From an uncultured bacterium (GTDB lineage Bacteria > Gemmatimonadota > Gemmatimonadetes > Gemmatimonadales > GWC2-71-9), in contig CBFGRM010000003.1 in the NCBI GenBank assembly GCA_965651205.1, forward strand, positions 16,181 to 80,180: a DNA stretch of 64,000 bases, written 5' to 3'. Positions 1 to 9,487 of the stretch are shown one piece after another. The position numbers and the translations under genes were made by a program. The notes beneath the pieces were generated by a model that saw nothing but the letters and a program-made list of their open reading frames with translations, was not told the DNA's origin and searched no databases. How positions within the stretch are numbered: position 1 is the first letter of the stretch; every line of letters starts with the position of its first letter.

Positions 1-494
1 ATGCCCTCCGCGTCGCTCATCACCCTGGAGACCAGGATGCCGGTCTGGGTGCTGTCGAAGGTTCCGATCGGCAGGCGCACCAGGTGCGCCTGCACGGCAC
101 GCCGCATCTCGGTGATGGCGCGTTGCGCTGCGACGCCGAGGATCTGCGACAGCGCGAACGACGAACCCGACTGGATCAGGGTGGCGACTCCGACGACAAT
201 CGCGAGGGTGGTCAGCCTGGACGGGTCACCCGAGGGCAGCACGTCGTCGATCAACTGCTTGGAGGATCCGGGCAGCACCAAGCCGGCAGCGCGATTGATG
301 AGCATTATCACGAAGCCGAGCGCCAGGCGGCTGCGATGCTGCCAGACCAGCTCGCGCGCCTCGCGCCAGGCCACGCTGGCCGTCACCTTGCGCCTGGGTT
401 CGGTGGATCTGTTCTGTCCGCCCCTGCCCGGTCCCTCACCAGTCGCGCGCGCACCCTGGCCCGCAACCCCCAATCCACGTCCCGGCATCGTCAT
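1..494 (-). CDS. ABC exporter, fused permease/ATPase (MsbA-like), N-terminal part; runs off window start
   Basis: Manual minus-strand translation from ATG at 494: ...VAWREARELVWQHRSRLALGFVIMLINRAAGLVLPGSSKQLIDDVL...ILVSRVMSDAEG, typical ABC_membrane TM1-3 and SRxxxD motif; absent from ORF track because truncated. Confidence 0.85.
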   Translation of the reverse strand, partial: MTMPGRGLGVAGQGARATGEGPGRGGQNRSTEPRRKVTASVAWREARELVWQHRSRLALGFVIMLINRAAGLVLPGSSKQLIDDVLPSGDPSRLTTLAIVVGVATLIQSGSSFALSQILGVAAQRAITEMRRAVQAHLVRLPIGTFDSTQTGILVSRVMSDAEG

Positions 495-652
495 TCCCAA
501 CGATAATCGGGGACCGGACCCGGGGCAGGCCAGACCCGCTGCGCCACGATCACGATCCCGATGCAATCGTGAAACGTCGCGGCCCCCGACCGGTTCGGGC
601 GCAGTATCTTTGGGGAGCCGTTCGGAATCACACTTTCGCCCAGGAGGAAACC

Positions 653-931
653 GTGGACGAGTCACAGTCACCCCAGGAGATCGAATTGTCTGTCAACCGG
701 GAACCGGATCCGGCGGCCAATCGCAAGGGCGAGATCTTCGACCGGGCCCGGGCCAAGATCGAACGTGCCCTCGAAGAGGCGCGCGAGGAACTGGGCGAAC
801 TGGCTGAGGATGCCAGGGAGGAGTTTGACGAGCTGAGGGAGAAGGCACCAGGCTGGATCAACGATGCGCGCCGCAAGGTGGCCGACTTCCTCGAGCCGGA
901 TCCGAAGGACAAGCCACCGGCGGCGGGCTGA
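653..931 (+). CDS. Small helical hypothetical protein (apolipoprotein/YtxH-like charge pattern)
   Basis: GTG at 653 preceded by AGGAGG; amphipathic E/R/A-rich helix (RAKIERALEEAREELGELAEDAREEFDELREK). Confidence 0.7.
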   Translation: MDESQSPQEIELSVNREPDPAANRKGEIFDRARAKIERALEEAREELGELAEDAREEFDELREKAPGWINDARRKVADFLEPDPKDKPPAAG

Positions 932-940
932 GCGCTTGCG

Positions 941-1693
941 CTACAGCTCCACCGCGACGCCCAGTCGCACTGTGGACACCGACGGAGTGACCAGTGGCCG
1001 CTGCAGGGTGAGTTCGCCGCTGGTTGCCAGGCGGAAACTCTGCAGATCGGGGAACGCCACTTCACCGCCGGTGCTCCAGTCGGCACCGGCGACCAGCCCC
1101 ACGGCAGTACCGTAGGGCCCGCGGAACAGGGCCAGGTGCAGGTCGACCGCCACCTTGCCTGCCAGGGCGAAGTCGCTCTCCGAGATCAGCGCGCTGTGCG
1201 CCGTGGCACCCTCTCCTCCCCGCACGTTGGCGTCGGTGATCACCCGCACGAACCCGCCCATTATGCCCGCGCCGATCGCGAACGGGCCCAGCCTGCCCTC
1301 CAGCCTCGGCCCGGCACCCGTGAAACCGATGGTGCCGCGTGCGGTCACGGTGATTTCCTGGTGCTCACCATCTGCTGCAATCAGGATCGCCCTCTCGGGG
1401 AATGTCAGCACCGAGAACTCGGCCCGGATGCCGACCGCAGTGTTTCGCGCCAGTGGCAACGCGAGCTGGGCCGTGAAGCCACCCGGCGCCTCGGCGATGG
1501 TACCGAGGTTGCCGTGAGGCGAACCACTGGTCCACGCCACCGCGAACCGGATGGGTGACGCACTTTCCTGACCGGCCAGCGGGGACGCGACCAGCAGCAA
1601 TGCGACGAGGGGGTGGCCCGGAAGCCACCCCCACCAGCGCCGCCCCAGCCTGTCCCACGGCTCGTTGCCGCGACCGACAGTGCGCACAGGCAT
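941..1693 (-). CDS. Hypothetical exported protein, probable outer-membrane beta-barrel
   Basis: Signal-like segment (LVALLLVASPLAGQ), alternating hydrophobic beta-strands, C-terminal strand VRLGVAVEL; directly downstream of efp; start uncertain. Confidence 0.6.
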   Translation of the reverse strand: MPVRTVGRGNEPWDRLGRRWWGWLPGHPLVALLLVASPLAGQESASPIRFAVAWTSGSPHGNLGTIAEAPGGFTAQLALPLARNTAVGIRAEFSVLTFPERAILIAADGEHQEITVTARGTIGFTGAGPRLEGRLGPFAIGAGIMGGFVRVITDANVRGGEGATAHSALISESDFALAGKVAVDLHLALFRGPYGTAVGLVAGADWSTGGEVAFPDLQSFRLATSGELTLQRPLVTPSVSTVRLGVAVEL

Positions 1694-1702
1694 TCGTCCG
1701 AC

Positions 1703-2260
1703 CTACTTGACCCGCTCGATGTAGGCACGCTCGCGCGGATTGACGCGCACCTTCTCGCCATTCTCCACGAACTCCGGTACCTGGATCGTCACGCCGTTGC
1801 TGAGCACCGCCGGCTTGGTGCTGGCCGTCTTGGTGGCGGTCTTCATCGCCGGGTTGGTCTCGACGATTTCGAGTTCCATCGAGCTGGGCAGCGTGAACGA
1901 GATTGGCTTGCCCTCCAGCCACACGGCGTCGAATGTCATTTCCGGCAACATCCACGGTGCATCGTCACCGACCATTTCGTTGTCGAACGTGAACTGCTCG
2001 AAGGTCTGCGCATCCATCACGTGAACACCGTTGCCGTCGGCGTAAAGCACCTGCATCGCCTTGGTGTCGAGCCGCGCCTCCTCGACCACCTCGGTCGCGC
2101 TGAAGCGATGATCGAGCGACATACCAGATGCGAGGTTGCGCAACCGCACCTGCACGAAGGCGCGCAGGTTGCCCGGTGTGCGGTGAGTGAAGTCCATCAC
2201 GAGGTGCGGCTTGCCCTCGAAATAGATGACGTTGCCCTTGCGGATGTCGTTCGCTTTCAT
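1703..2260 (-). CDS. efp: Translation elongation factor P
   Basis: MKANDIRKG...HRTPGNLRAFVQVRLRNL...KPAVLSNGVTIQVPEFVENGEKVRVN...YIERVK; ATG at 2260. Confidence 0.95.
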   Translation of the reverse strand: MKANDIRKGNVIYFEGKPHLVMDFTHRTPGNLRAFVQVRLRNLASGMSLDHRFSATEVVEEARLDTKAMQVLYADGNGVHVMDAQTFEQFTFDNEMVGDDAPWMLPEMTFDAVWLEGKPISFTLPSSMELEIVETNPAMKTATKTASTKPAVLSNGVTIQVPEFVENGEKVRVNPRERAYIERVK

Positions 2261-2326
2261 CGGCCTCTCTCTCTCGCTGCCCGTGGCCCGGGCGAATCCC
2301 GGACCGGAGGCCAATATAATTTGCGC

Positions 2327-3469
2327 TCAGGCGGTGCCGGCGACCGCTGCGAGGAGTTCCTGACGGGAGAACGGCTTGAGGAGCACCGGCCGGGAATCCC
2401 GCACCGCGGTGGTCGGATCCGTCATCTGGCCGGTCATCAGCACCACTCGCGTGGCCGGGAAGCGGACCGCGATCTCGTCGGCGAGTGCGCGGCCCGACAT
2501 CCCCGGCATCCCGATGTCAGCAAGGACGACCTCGACGCATCCACCGGCCACATCGGCCAGGACGTCCAGCGCCTCGGCGGCATCACCGGCCTCCAGCACG
2601 CCGTAGCCGGCACGTCGAAGAGACCGGGCGGTAACCGCACGCACCCATTCGTCATCGTCTACCACCAGCACACCGACTCCGGCGGCACCGCCCCTCGCCA
2701 GCACCTCCTTCGGAGTTCCCGACGGCAGCCAGACGGTCACCTCGGCGCCATTGCCGGGGCTCGACTGCACCGATACCTGCCCTCCGAGCTGGTGGGCGAT
2801 ACCCCAGACGGTGGCCAGACCGAGTCCCGAGCCACGGCCGGGCGGCTTGGTCGTGAAGAATGGCTCGAACAAGCGGGAGAGCACTTCCTCCGACATCCCC
2901 TCGCCCGAATCGCGCACCTCAATCGTGACCCAGCGACCGGGTGCGATCGTTCCGAAGCGGTGGGTCCGCTTCGCATCGAGCTCGTTGTGCCGCACCGATA
3001 TCCCGATCTCACCGCCGTCGGGAAGGGCGTCGCGAGCATTCACCACCAGGTGGAAGATGATCTGCTCCACCTGGCCCGGATCAGTGGTGGCCCACGCGTC
3101 GGGATCGATCCCGGTGGCGTCGATCGTCACCGCCGGACCGGCCAGGCGTTCCGCCAGCGGCAGCAGATCGGCGACCGTGCGACCGATAGCGCGCGGCTCG
3201 GGCCGCGACGGGGCACTCCGCGCAAGCGACTCGAGCTGGCGGGTGATCAGTGATGCACGGGAGAGCGACGCACTCGCCTCCTCGAGCCGGTGGCGGGTGC
3301 TCTCGGTGGTCGACGCAGTGGCCATCGCCTCGCGTATTGTTGCGGCGGCGAGGTCGACAAGATCACCAACATCGTGCGACAAGCCGCCAGCCACGCGAGC
3401 CACTGCACCCATCTTGGCGGCGTGCGGGCCAGGGGTGGTGGCCGTCGGTGGCACCTGATCGAAGTCCAA
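2327..3469 (-). CDS. Hybrid histidine kinase/response regulator (CckA-like) without sensor domain
   Basis: H-box AGGLSHDVGDL, N-box QIIFHLVVNARDA, G1 DSGEGM, F FEPFFTTK, G2 GSGLGL; REC VLVVDDD...LADIGMP...KPF; TTG start at 3469 with GGAG RBS. Confidence 0.85.
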   Translation of the reverse strand: MDFDQVPPTATTPGPHAAKMGAVARVAGGLSHDVGDLVDLAAATIREAMATASTTESTRHRLEEASASLSRASLITRQLESLARSAPSRPEPRAIGRTVADLLPLAERLAGPAVTIDATGIDPDAWATTDPGQVEQIIFHLVVNARDALPDGGEIGISVRHNELDAKRTHRFGTIAPGRWVTIEVRDSGEGMSEEVLSRLFEPFFTTKPPGRGSGLGLATVWGIAHQLGGQVSVQSSPGNGAEVTVWLPSGTPKEVLARGGAAGVGVLVVDDDEWVRAVTARSLRRAGYGVLEAGDAAEALDVLADVAGGCVEVVLADIGMPGMSGRALADEIAVRFPATRVVLMTGQMTDPTTAVRDSRPVLLKPFSRQELLAAVAGTA

Positions 3470-3533
3470 GTCTGTTCTCCAAGCCGTCTGGCCCCTCGGG
3501 GGCCGGTGATCCGATCTTCCTGCTCGGCCTGAA

Positions 3534-3549
3534 TGCAAGCGGTGGGCCG
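3534..3549 (-). promoter_or_regulatory. Putative sigma54 (-24/-12) promoter for the hybrid kinase
   Basis: Minus strand CGGCCCACCGCTTGCA (GG-N10-GC); IHF-like AT-rich tract at ~3577-3599. Confidence 0.55.
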
Positions 3550-3739
3550 CCACAGCCACTCCGCCACCTGCGCCGCAAGCTCTTTTGCGACAACAACTTC
3601 CAATGCAGGCGCCAAAGCCGGTCGAAGCCCGGTTGGCAACTGTGGTCCGGCTCCGACAGCTCGACGCGACAGCCCGACACCCGGCCTGCAACTCCGCCGA
3701 CGCCCTTGTGCCCTTGCCCCGGACCGGGAACCTTACGGG

Positions 3740-5941
3740 ATGAATCGCCGCCGTTGGACCGGACTCGCCGTGGCCGGCGTGGTGTTGCTGGCGGTGGGCT
3801 GGCATTTCCGGTGGGACATCGGTCTACGCGCCATCCGGATTGTCGATCCTGTCGTTCGTCGCTGGGCGACACGAGAGGTAGATCGGCTGAGCCAGGGGGC
3901 ATACCAACTGGTTGCCTCGCCGATCCGGGTCGAGACCGATGCCCGACGGGTCTCGCTCGACACCATCCTGATAACCACTGATTCCGCAGCCAACGCGCGC
4001 CGTGAGTCGCCACTGCCGACGTTGACATTGCGCTTCCACAACTGTGCCCTGGAAGGCATCGAGCTCGATGTGCTTGCCGCTGGCGACGGCCTGCGTGCGG
4101 CGCGGGCCGGCTGCGACACTGTCGCGGTGGACGGAACGGTGCCGCAGGGCGTGTCGGGCGACAGCAGCGGTTCGTTCCTGTCGCTGCGCGAGGATCTCGA
4201 CCTGCCGCGTACGGTGCCATCCATCGAGGTCGACAGCATCGACTTCCCCGATGTCAGCGTGGCACTTGCCATCGAGGGTCGCACCGGTCACCGGACCGCT
4301 TTCGCATTCGAGCGACTGGGAGTGCGGCTGGATTCGCTGTATTATCGCCGCAACTTGCCGGAGGAGCAGGAACGCACCCTCTACTCCCGCAACGTGACCG
4401 TGCAGCTCGACGAGTTCACCGGTTCACGTGAGGCATCCGACCGGCTGGACATCGCAATGATCCGGGCCGACCTGGCCACCGGGTCTTTCGCGATGCACGG
4501 CTTCGCGTGGGCTCCCCTCCCCGGTGCGTTCAGCGACTCGCTGGGGCTGCGCGAACTGGAGGTCGACACGCTGGCACTCGAGGGCGTGGACTGGCGCGCC
4601 TTCCTGACTCGTGGCGACGCGGTGATCGGCAGCATCAAGCTGCGCGGTGCGCGGGTGGCGATGCACCAGGCCACGACCGATGAAAGTGTTGACGCCACGG
4701 ACCAGTCGACCTCCCCGACTCGTCGCTGGGTGCTGGAACGGTCTCTCCGGGCACTCGACCGCGGTGTTCACCTCGACAGTCTCGATGCCCGCGCAGTCCG
4801 GGTGATCGAGCCGGGCGCCGACAGCGGCGCGGTGATCACTGCCGACACCCTGACCGTGGCCGGCGTGCACTTCGGGTTCGACCTGGCGGCGTGGGGCGGC
4901 AACCTGCCACTGGGACCGGTGCGCCTCACGGCGAGTGGCGTGCAACGGAACTGGGAGGACTACCGCACCGCCCTGGAGACGTTCTCACTCGACCTGCCGG
5001 AAGGCGTCGCCACTGCGACCGGCGTGAGCTACGGCACTGTCGGCAGCGATGCCGATTTCAGCCGTCGCCGACGCTGGCGCACCGACCGGATCGGCGTCAC
5101 CGCCGACAGCCTGGCCATCACCGGCATCGACGACGCCGCCTGGGTGCGACGAGGTGCGTACCGGGCGGAACACATCGGCGTCAAGGGTCTCCACCTCGAC
5201 GTGTTCAGCGACAAGCGACGGCCATCGCGAGGCACACGCACGCGACACGATTATCCGCAGCAGTGGTTCCGTGCCACTCCACTGGACCTGCACGTCGACT
5301 CCGCCACGGTGACCGGCCGGATCACCTATCGCGAGCGCGGTGCCAGCAACCCGCGCACCGGCGTGCTCCGCTTCGAGGACCTCGAGGCGACGCTGGCCAA
5401 CGGCGGGATCGATCCGGGCCGGATCCGGGGCGACTCCACCATCCGCCTCAACGCCTCGGCGCGACTTATGGGTGCCGCGCCGCTGCAGGTGAGTGTTTCA
5501 CTGCCGGCATTCGCGCAACGATTCGACGCCGACTGGTCGGGGTCGCTGGGCCGGATGTCGGTGCTGCCGCTCAACGAGCTGGTCACCGGCATCTCCACGC
5601 TCCGTTTCACCAACGGAACCATCGACCGGATCGACTTCCGGGCGACCACCCGCAACGGTGTGAGCCGCGGCACCGTGCAGCCGCGCTGGCGCGACCTGTC
5701 GGTGGACCTCCCGGGAATCGCCCGGAGCGGCATCCTGCAGGGGCTGCGTCGCGCCATCGCCAAGTTCGCCGCCAATCAGTTCGTGGTCCGGATCGACAAC
5801 CACGTGGGGATGGGCGACGAGGACAATCCCAAGCAGCCGGTCAACGGCACCATCCAGCACCGCTGGGTGCCGAGCGAGACCCTGCTGCAACACCTCTGGT
5901 TCTCGCTCCGCGACGCGCTGCTGGTGACGGTCACGCTGTAG
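3740..5941 (+). CDS. AsmA/DUF748-like large periplasmic beta-rich protein with N-terminal membrane anchor
   Basis: MNRRRW + hydrophobic helix, then ~700 aa of repetitive beta-strand sequence; ATG at 3740. Confidence 0.6.
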   Translation: MNRRRWTGLAVAGVVLLAVGWHFRWDIGLRAIRIVDPVVRRWATREVDRLSQGAYQLVASPIRVETDARRVSLDTILITTDSAANARRESPLPTLTLRFHNCALEGIELDVLAAGDGLRAARAGCDTVAVDGTVPQGVSGDSSGSFLSLREDLDLPRTVPSIEVDSIDFPDVSVALAIEGRTGHRTAFAFERLGVRLDSLYYRRNLPEEQERTLYSRNVTVQLDEFTGSREASDRLDIAMIRADLATGSFAMHGFAWAPLPGAFSDSLGLRELEVDTLALEGVDWRAFLTRGDAVIGSIKLRGARVAMHQATTDESVDATDQSTSPTRRWVLERSLRALDRGVHLDSLDARAVRVIEPGADSGAVITADTLTVAGVHFGFDLAAWGGNLPLGPVRLTASGVQRNWEDYRTALETFSLDLPEGVATATGVSYGTVGSDADFSRRRRWRTDRIGVTADSLAITGIDDAAWVRRGAYRAEHIGVKGLHLDVFSDKRRPSRGTRTRHDYPQQWFRATPLDLHVDSATVTGRITYRERGASNPRTGVLRFEDLEATLANGGIDPGRIRGDSTIRLNASARLMGAAPLQVSVSLPAFAQRFDADWSGSLGRMSVLPLNELVTGISTLRFTNGTIDRIDFRATTRNGVSRGTVQPRWRDLSVDLPGIARSGILQGLRRAIAKFAANQFVVRIDNHVGMGDEDNPKQPVNGTIQHRWVPSETLLQHLWFSLRDALLVTVTL

Positions 5942-6010
5942 CCGCTCGGCGGGGGTGGCAGCCCCCCGCACCGCCACGTATACTCTCCCGTTGCAAACCC
6001 GGGGGGCACG

Positions 6011-8842
6011 TTGTCCGATCCGTCCGCAATCCTGCAGGCTGAGCTCGGGCCGCGATACGCAGTCCTTGAGGTCATCGGCAAGGGCGGGATGGCCACGGTC
6101 TACCGCGCCACCGACCGCGACCTCGGTCGCACTGTCGCCATCAAGGTGCTCTCCCCCGACCTCGCCCCACTGCTGGGCGAGCACCGCTTCCAGCGCGAGA
6201 TCGAGTTCGCAGCCAGGCTGCAACACCCGGGCATAGTTCCGCTGTACGAAGCGGGAGGCAGCGGGGCCGTGCGCTACTACACGATGCCGTTCGTGACCGG
6301 TGAGACACTGCGACAGCGACTCGACCGTTCACCCCAGCTACCGGTCGACGAGGCGGTGCACATTGCGCTCGAAGTGGCCGAAGCGCTGCGCTACGCGCAC
6401 GAACAGGGCGTAGTACATCGCGACATCAAGCCGGAGAATATCCTGCTCACCGGCGAGCGAGTGCAGGTTGCCGACTTCGGCATCGCCCACGCCATCAGCC
6501 TGGCGGGACACGACCGACTTACATCGGCAGGCGTGGCAATCGGCACGCCCTCCTATATGAGTCCGGAACAGGCGACCAGCTTCGACACCATCGACGGGCG
6601 GGCGGACATCTATTCGCTGGGCTGCCTGCTGTTCGAGATGCTGACCGGCCAGCCACCATTCACCGGTGCCACACCGCAGGTGGTGATGGCCCGTCACGTC
6701 GGGGAACCGGCACCGTCGCTCACGCTTCTCAGGCCGACGGTGCCCGCCCCGATCGGCAGCCTGGTTGCCCGGACGCTTGCAAAGTCCCCAGCCGACCGAC
6801 CCGATGCCGCACAATTCCTGGCCGACCTGCACGCTGCCCTGACTCGAGCGGACGCCAATGCTGCCCCGCGTTCAAGCCGGCGGCGCGTCGCGATCGCTGC
6901 GCTGTCGACATTGACCGCGGCAGCAGCGGGATTCGCGTTGATGGCTCGCGGCAATCCCCCAGGCGACCCCGACGCCGTGGTGGTGTTCCCGCTAACCTCG
7001 CCCGGCACCTCGTCCAGCGACGGCAAGTTGGTCGCACTCCTGATCGGCAGGGCACTGGAGCACACCGAACCGCTGCGCTGGATGGCCGGCTGGAAGGAAC
7101 TCGAGCCCGGTGTGCGCGACGACCCGGCTGCCCTCTCGATGCGGGTCGCCGAGCGCACCGCGGCGCGGATGGGAGCAAAGTGGTACATCGATGGTGACCT
7201 GGTGCCGCACGGCGACTCGCTCAGCGTGATCCTGCGCCTGCACGACATCGCCGACGGCAGCACCAGGACGGCGAGCGCCGGCTCACTGGTTGGCGACGAG
7301 ACGGTGCAGACAGCCACCACGCTTGCCCTCAAGGCGGTGATCCCGCTGCTGGAGACACTGGTCGGCCCCACTCGCCACGTTGACCTTGCGTCACTCACCA
7401 ACCGCAACCCGGCCGCGGTCGCACTCTGGCTCCGCGGCGAGCAGCAGATGCGCTCCGCCGATTTCCGCGGCGCCCTCGACAGTTACCGCAGGGCGCTTGC
7501 CCTCGACTCGACCCTGGCCGTGGCCGCACTGACCGGTGCAGGCGTGGCAATCTGGACCTACGAGGAGGCGTTCGCCGACTCGCTGGCGCACCTGGCATTG
7601 CTGCACAGCCACGGCCTGCCACCTCGCAACCTGGCCTACACCCGCGGCCTGGTGAGCTACCTCGCCGGCGACGCTGACTCTGCGGTGGCCCAGTTCACCA
7701 CTGCGTTGCGGGCAGACAGCCTTTGGTCGCACGGCTGGATGATGCTGGGTGATACCTACCACCACCTGATCACCAGCAGCAGCTCGCCCGACGAGATGTC
7801 GGAATCCGCGTTCCGCCGCAGTGTCGAGCTCGATCCCGGATTCTCCCCCGCGATCTTTCACCTGGCTGAGGCGGTGCTCCGTCGTGGCGACACCCGTGCC
7901 GGAACGGAGCTGCTCCGCCAGTTCGAGCGCGAGGCACGCGATTCGGACCTGGCCAGTCAGCTCGAGATGATGCTGACCTGTCTCGAGCGCGGGCCGGCGG
8001 CGGTCGACTGGGATTCGATGGCCGTGGCCGCGCCGCAGCGCGTGTTGATGGTGGCCGCGAACTTCGGCACTGGCGCAGCCCACCTGCCCTGCGCCCGGGC
8101 CGCCGCCAGGGCGCTCTACCAGGGCGACACCGAGCAGGTGGGGCAGGCGTCTCGTTGGGCCGCATTCAAGTGGCTGCATCACGACCTGGTCGCAGGCGGC
8201 CAGCTCGCACACGCCACGGCACTCACCGACTCCGCGGTTCGGTCTCTCACCATCGAGGCCATCGGTTTGCACATCCTCGATGCCGTGGAACTCGGCGCCG
8301 ACACCACCGCCGCACTCCGGGCAATCGACGTGATCGGGTCCTCGCTCGAGGGAATCCCGGTCAACCAGCTCTGGCACCTGGCGATCTGGGGCCTGTTCCG
8401 GCACGACCTGCCCCTTATCGACTCGATTCGCGCAGAACTGGGGAGTCGCCTCAACGATCGCGAGGCCGCCGTGCTTCGCGACCTTATCGATGCCCGACGG
8501 CTACTGCTCACAGGCGATACCACCGCCGCGATCGGTGCGCTGGCCAGTCTGCGAGCCGGCTCGGAGGACGTGCAATGGGACCTGTGGCACTCAATGGCAT
8601 CGGAACAGTTGCTGCGGGCTCGACTGTTGCTCGCCAAGGGACGGGCAGACGAGGCGTTCGAGGTGGCCTCAAGGTTCGACAACAGCCAGAGCGCCATCTA
8701 CCTGTACTACCTGCCCGCCTCGCTGGTTGTCCGGCGAGCGGCAGCGAGACAACTCGGTCGCGGCGCAACCGTCGAGTTGATGGAGGAACGGTTGCGCAAC
8801 CTGGGACGGGCCGACCTGCTGCTGACGAACACCGTCCCCTGA
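6011..8842 (+). CDS. Hanks-type Ser/Thr protein kinase with TM helix and TPR-like C-terminal region
   Basis: GKGGMATVY, VAIKVL, HRDIKPEN, DFG, GTPSYMSPEQ, DIYSLG; TM at RRRVAIAALSTLTAAAAGFALM; TPR-like helices. Confidence 0.93.
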   Translation: MSDPSAILQAELGPRYAVLEVIGKGGMATVYRATDRDLGRTVAIKVLSPDLAPLLGEHRFQREIEFAARLQHPGIVPLYEAGGSGAVRYYTMPFVTGETLRQRLDRSPQLPVDEAVHIALEVAEALRYAHEQGVVHRDIKPENILLTGERVQVADFGIAHAISLAGHDRLTSAGVAIGTPSYMSPEQATSFDTIDGRADIYSLGCLLFEMLTGQPPFTGATPQVVMARHVGEPAPSLTLLRPTVPAPIGSLVARTLAKSPADRPDAAQFLADLHAALTRADANAAPRSSRRRVAIAALSTLTAAAAGFALMARGNPPGDPDAVVVFPLTSPGTSSSDGKLVALLIGRALEHTEPLRWMAGWKELEPGVRDDPAALSMRVAERTAARMGAKWYIDGDLVPHGDSLSVILRLHDIADGSTRTASAGSLVGDETVQTATTLALKAVIPLLETLVGPTRHVDLASLTNRNPAAVALWLRGEQQMRSADFRGALDSYRRALALDSTLAVAALTGAGVAIWTYEEAFADSLAHLALLHSHGLPPRNLAYTRGLVSYLAGDADSAVAQFTTALRADSLWSHGWMMLGDTYHHLITSSSSPDEMSESAFRRSVELDPGFSPAIFHLAEAVLRRGDTRAGTELLRQFEREARDSDLASQLEMMLTCLERGPAAVDWDSMAVAAPQRVLMVAANFGTGAAHLPCARAAARALYQGDTEQVGQASRWAAFKWLHHDLVAGGQLAHATALTDSAVRSLTIEAIGLHILDAVELGADTTAALRAIDVIGSSLEGIPVNQLWHLAIWGLFRHDLPLIDSIRAELGSRLNDREAAVLRDLIDARRLLLTGDTTAAIGALASLRAGSEDVQWDLWHSMASEQLLRARLLLAKGRADEAFEVASRFDNSQSAIYLYYLPASLVVRRAAARQLGRGATVELMEERLRNLGRADLLLTNTVP

Positions 8843-8858
8843 CACCAGAGGTACCGAT

Positions 8859-9140
8859 ATGGCCAACAAGCGCAAGTCGGGCAGCACCGCCAGGCAGTCG
8901 ACCAAGGCGGCAAGGAAGAAGGCCACCACGCGGGGCGGAGCCGAGGCACTCCGCCGCCCGCTGAGTCCGGCCGGCAGGTTGAGGCGATTGGAGCTCTTCG
9001 CCGGCAGGACGTCGGAATGGATGGCCGGTATGTATGAGTGGGCGATCTTCGTGCACGAGGAACTGGTGGATCGACTGGCAGACCCACCACCCAAGCCACC
9101 GACCTGGGACAAGCCGCCCAGGCCGGGACAGGACGACTGA
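8859..9140 (+). CDS. Small hypothetical protein with basic S/T-rich N-terminus and Pro-rich C-terminus
   Basis: ATG 16 nt after kinase stop with AGAGG RBS; 93 aa. Confidence 0.65.
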   Translation: MANKRKSGSTARQSTKAARKKATTRGGAEALRRPLSPAGRLRRLELFAGRTSEWMAGMYEWAIFVHEELVDRLADPPPKPPTWDKPPRPGQDD

Positions 9141-9144
9141 GGCG

Positions 9145-9234
9145 CGAGACGTGAGACGCGAGACGTGAGACGTGAGACGTGAGACGCCAGGGATGGGACG
9201 AGTCGAATCCCGTCTCACCCCTGGCGTCTCACGT
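9145..9234. repeat. Tandem heptamer (YGAGACG)x6 continuing into a 24-bp-arm inverted repeat
   Basis: Six units 9145-9186; arms 9177-9200 and 9211-9234 (2 mismatches), 10-nt loop; between convergent small CDS and tRNA-Ile. Confidence 0.9.
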
Positions 9235-9243
9235 TCGTGGAAA

Positions 9244-9317
<74 letters not shown>

Positions 9318-9422
9318 CGAAACCAGCCGCAACGCTAAGGGATCGCCCCTTGACGGTCAACCCTGCGCCGTGGCCGCTGCCCTGCCCGAGCCGCCGCGGA
9401 TACGGCCCCTGCCGCCCCCCGG

Positions 9423-9449
9423 TAAGATCGCCGCCCGGCGAACCGATAA
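9423..9449 (+). promoter_or_regulatory. sigma28 (FliA) promoter for motAB operon
   Basis: TAAG-N15-ACCGATAA matches TAAA-N15-GCCGATAA consensus. Confidence 0.8.
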
Positions 9450-9487
9450 CCCACGTCGGAGCGTGCATTCACCGGTGAGGAGCCGCT

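Noticed and set aside
1-807. 268-aa plus-strand ORF
   Set aside because: Antisense shadow of the minus-strand ABC exporter; no recognisable motifs.
1613-3253. 546-aa plus-strand ORF
   Set aside because: Shadow ORF opposite efp and the hybrid kinase; typical high-GC artefact.
9145-9234. Possible CRISPR array or IS end
   Set aside because: Contiguous 7-mers without spacers; no cas or transposase genes in the window.
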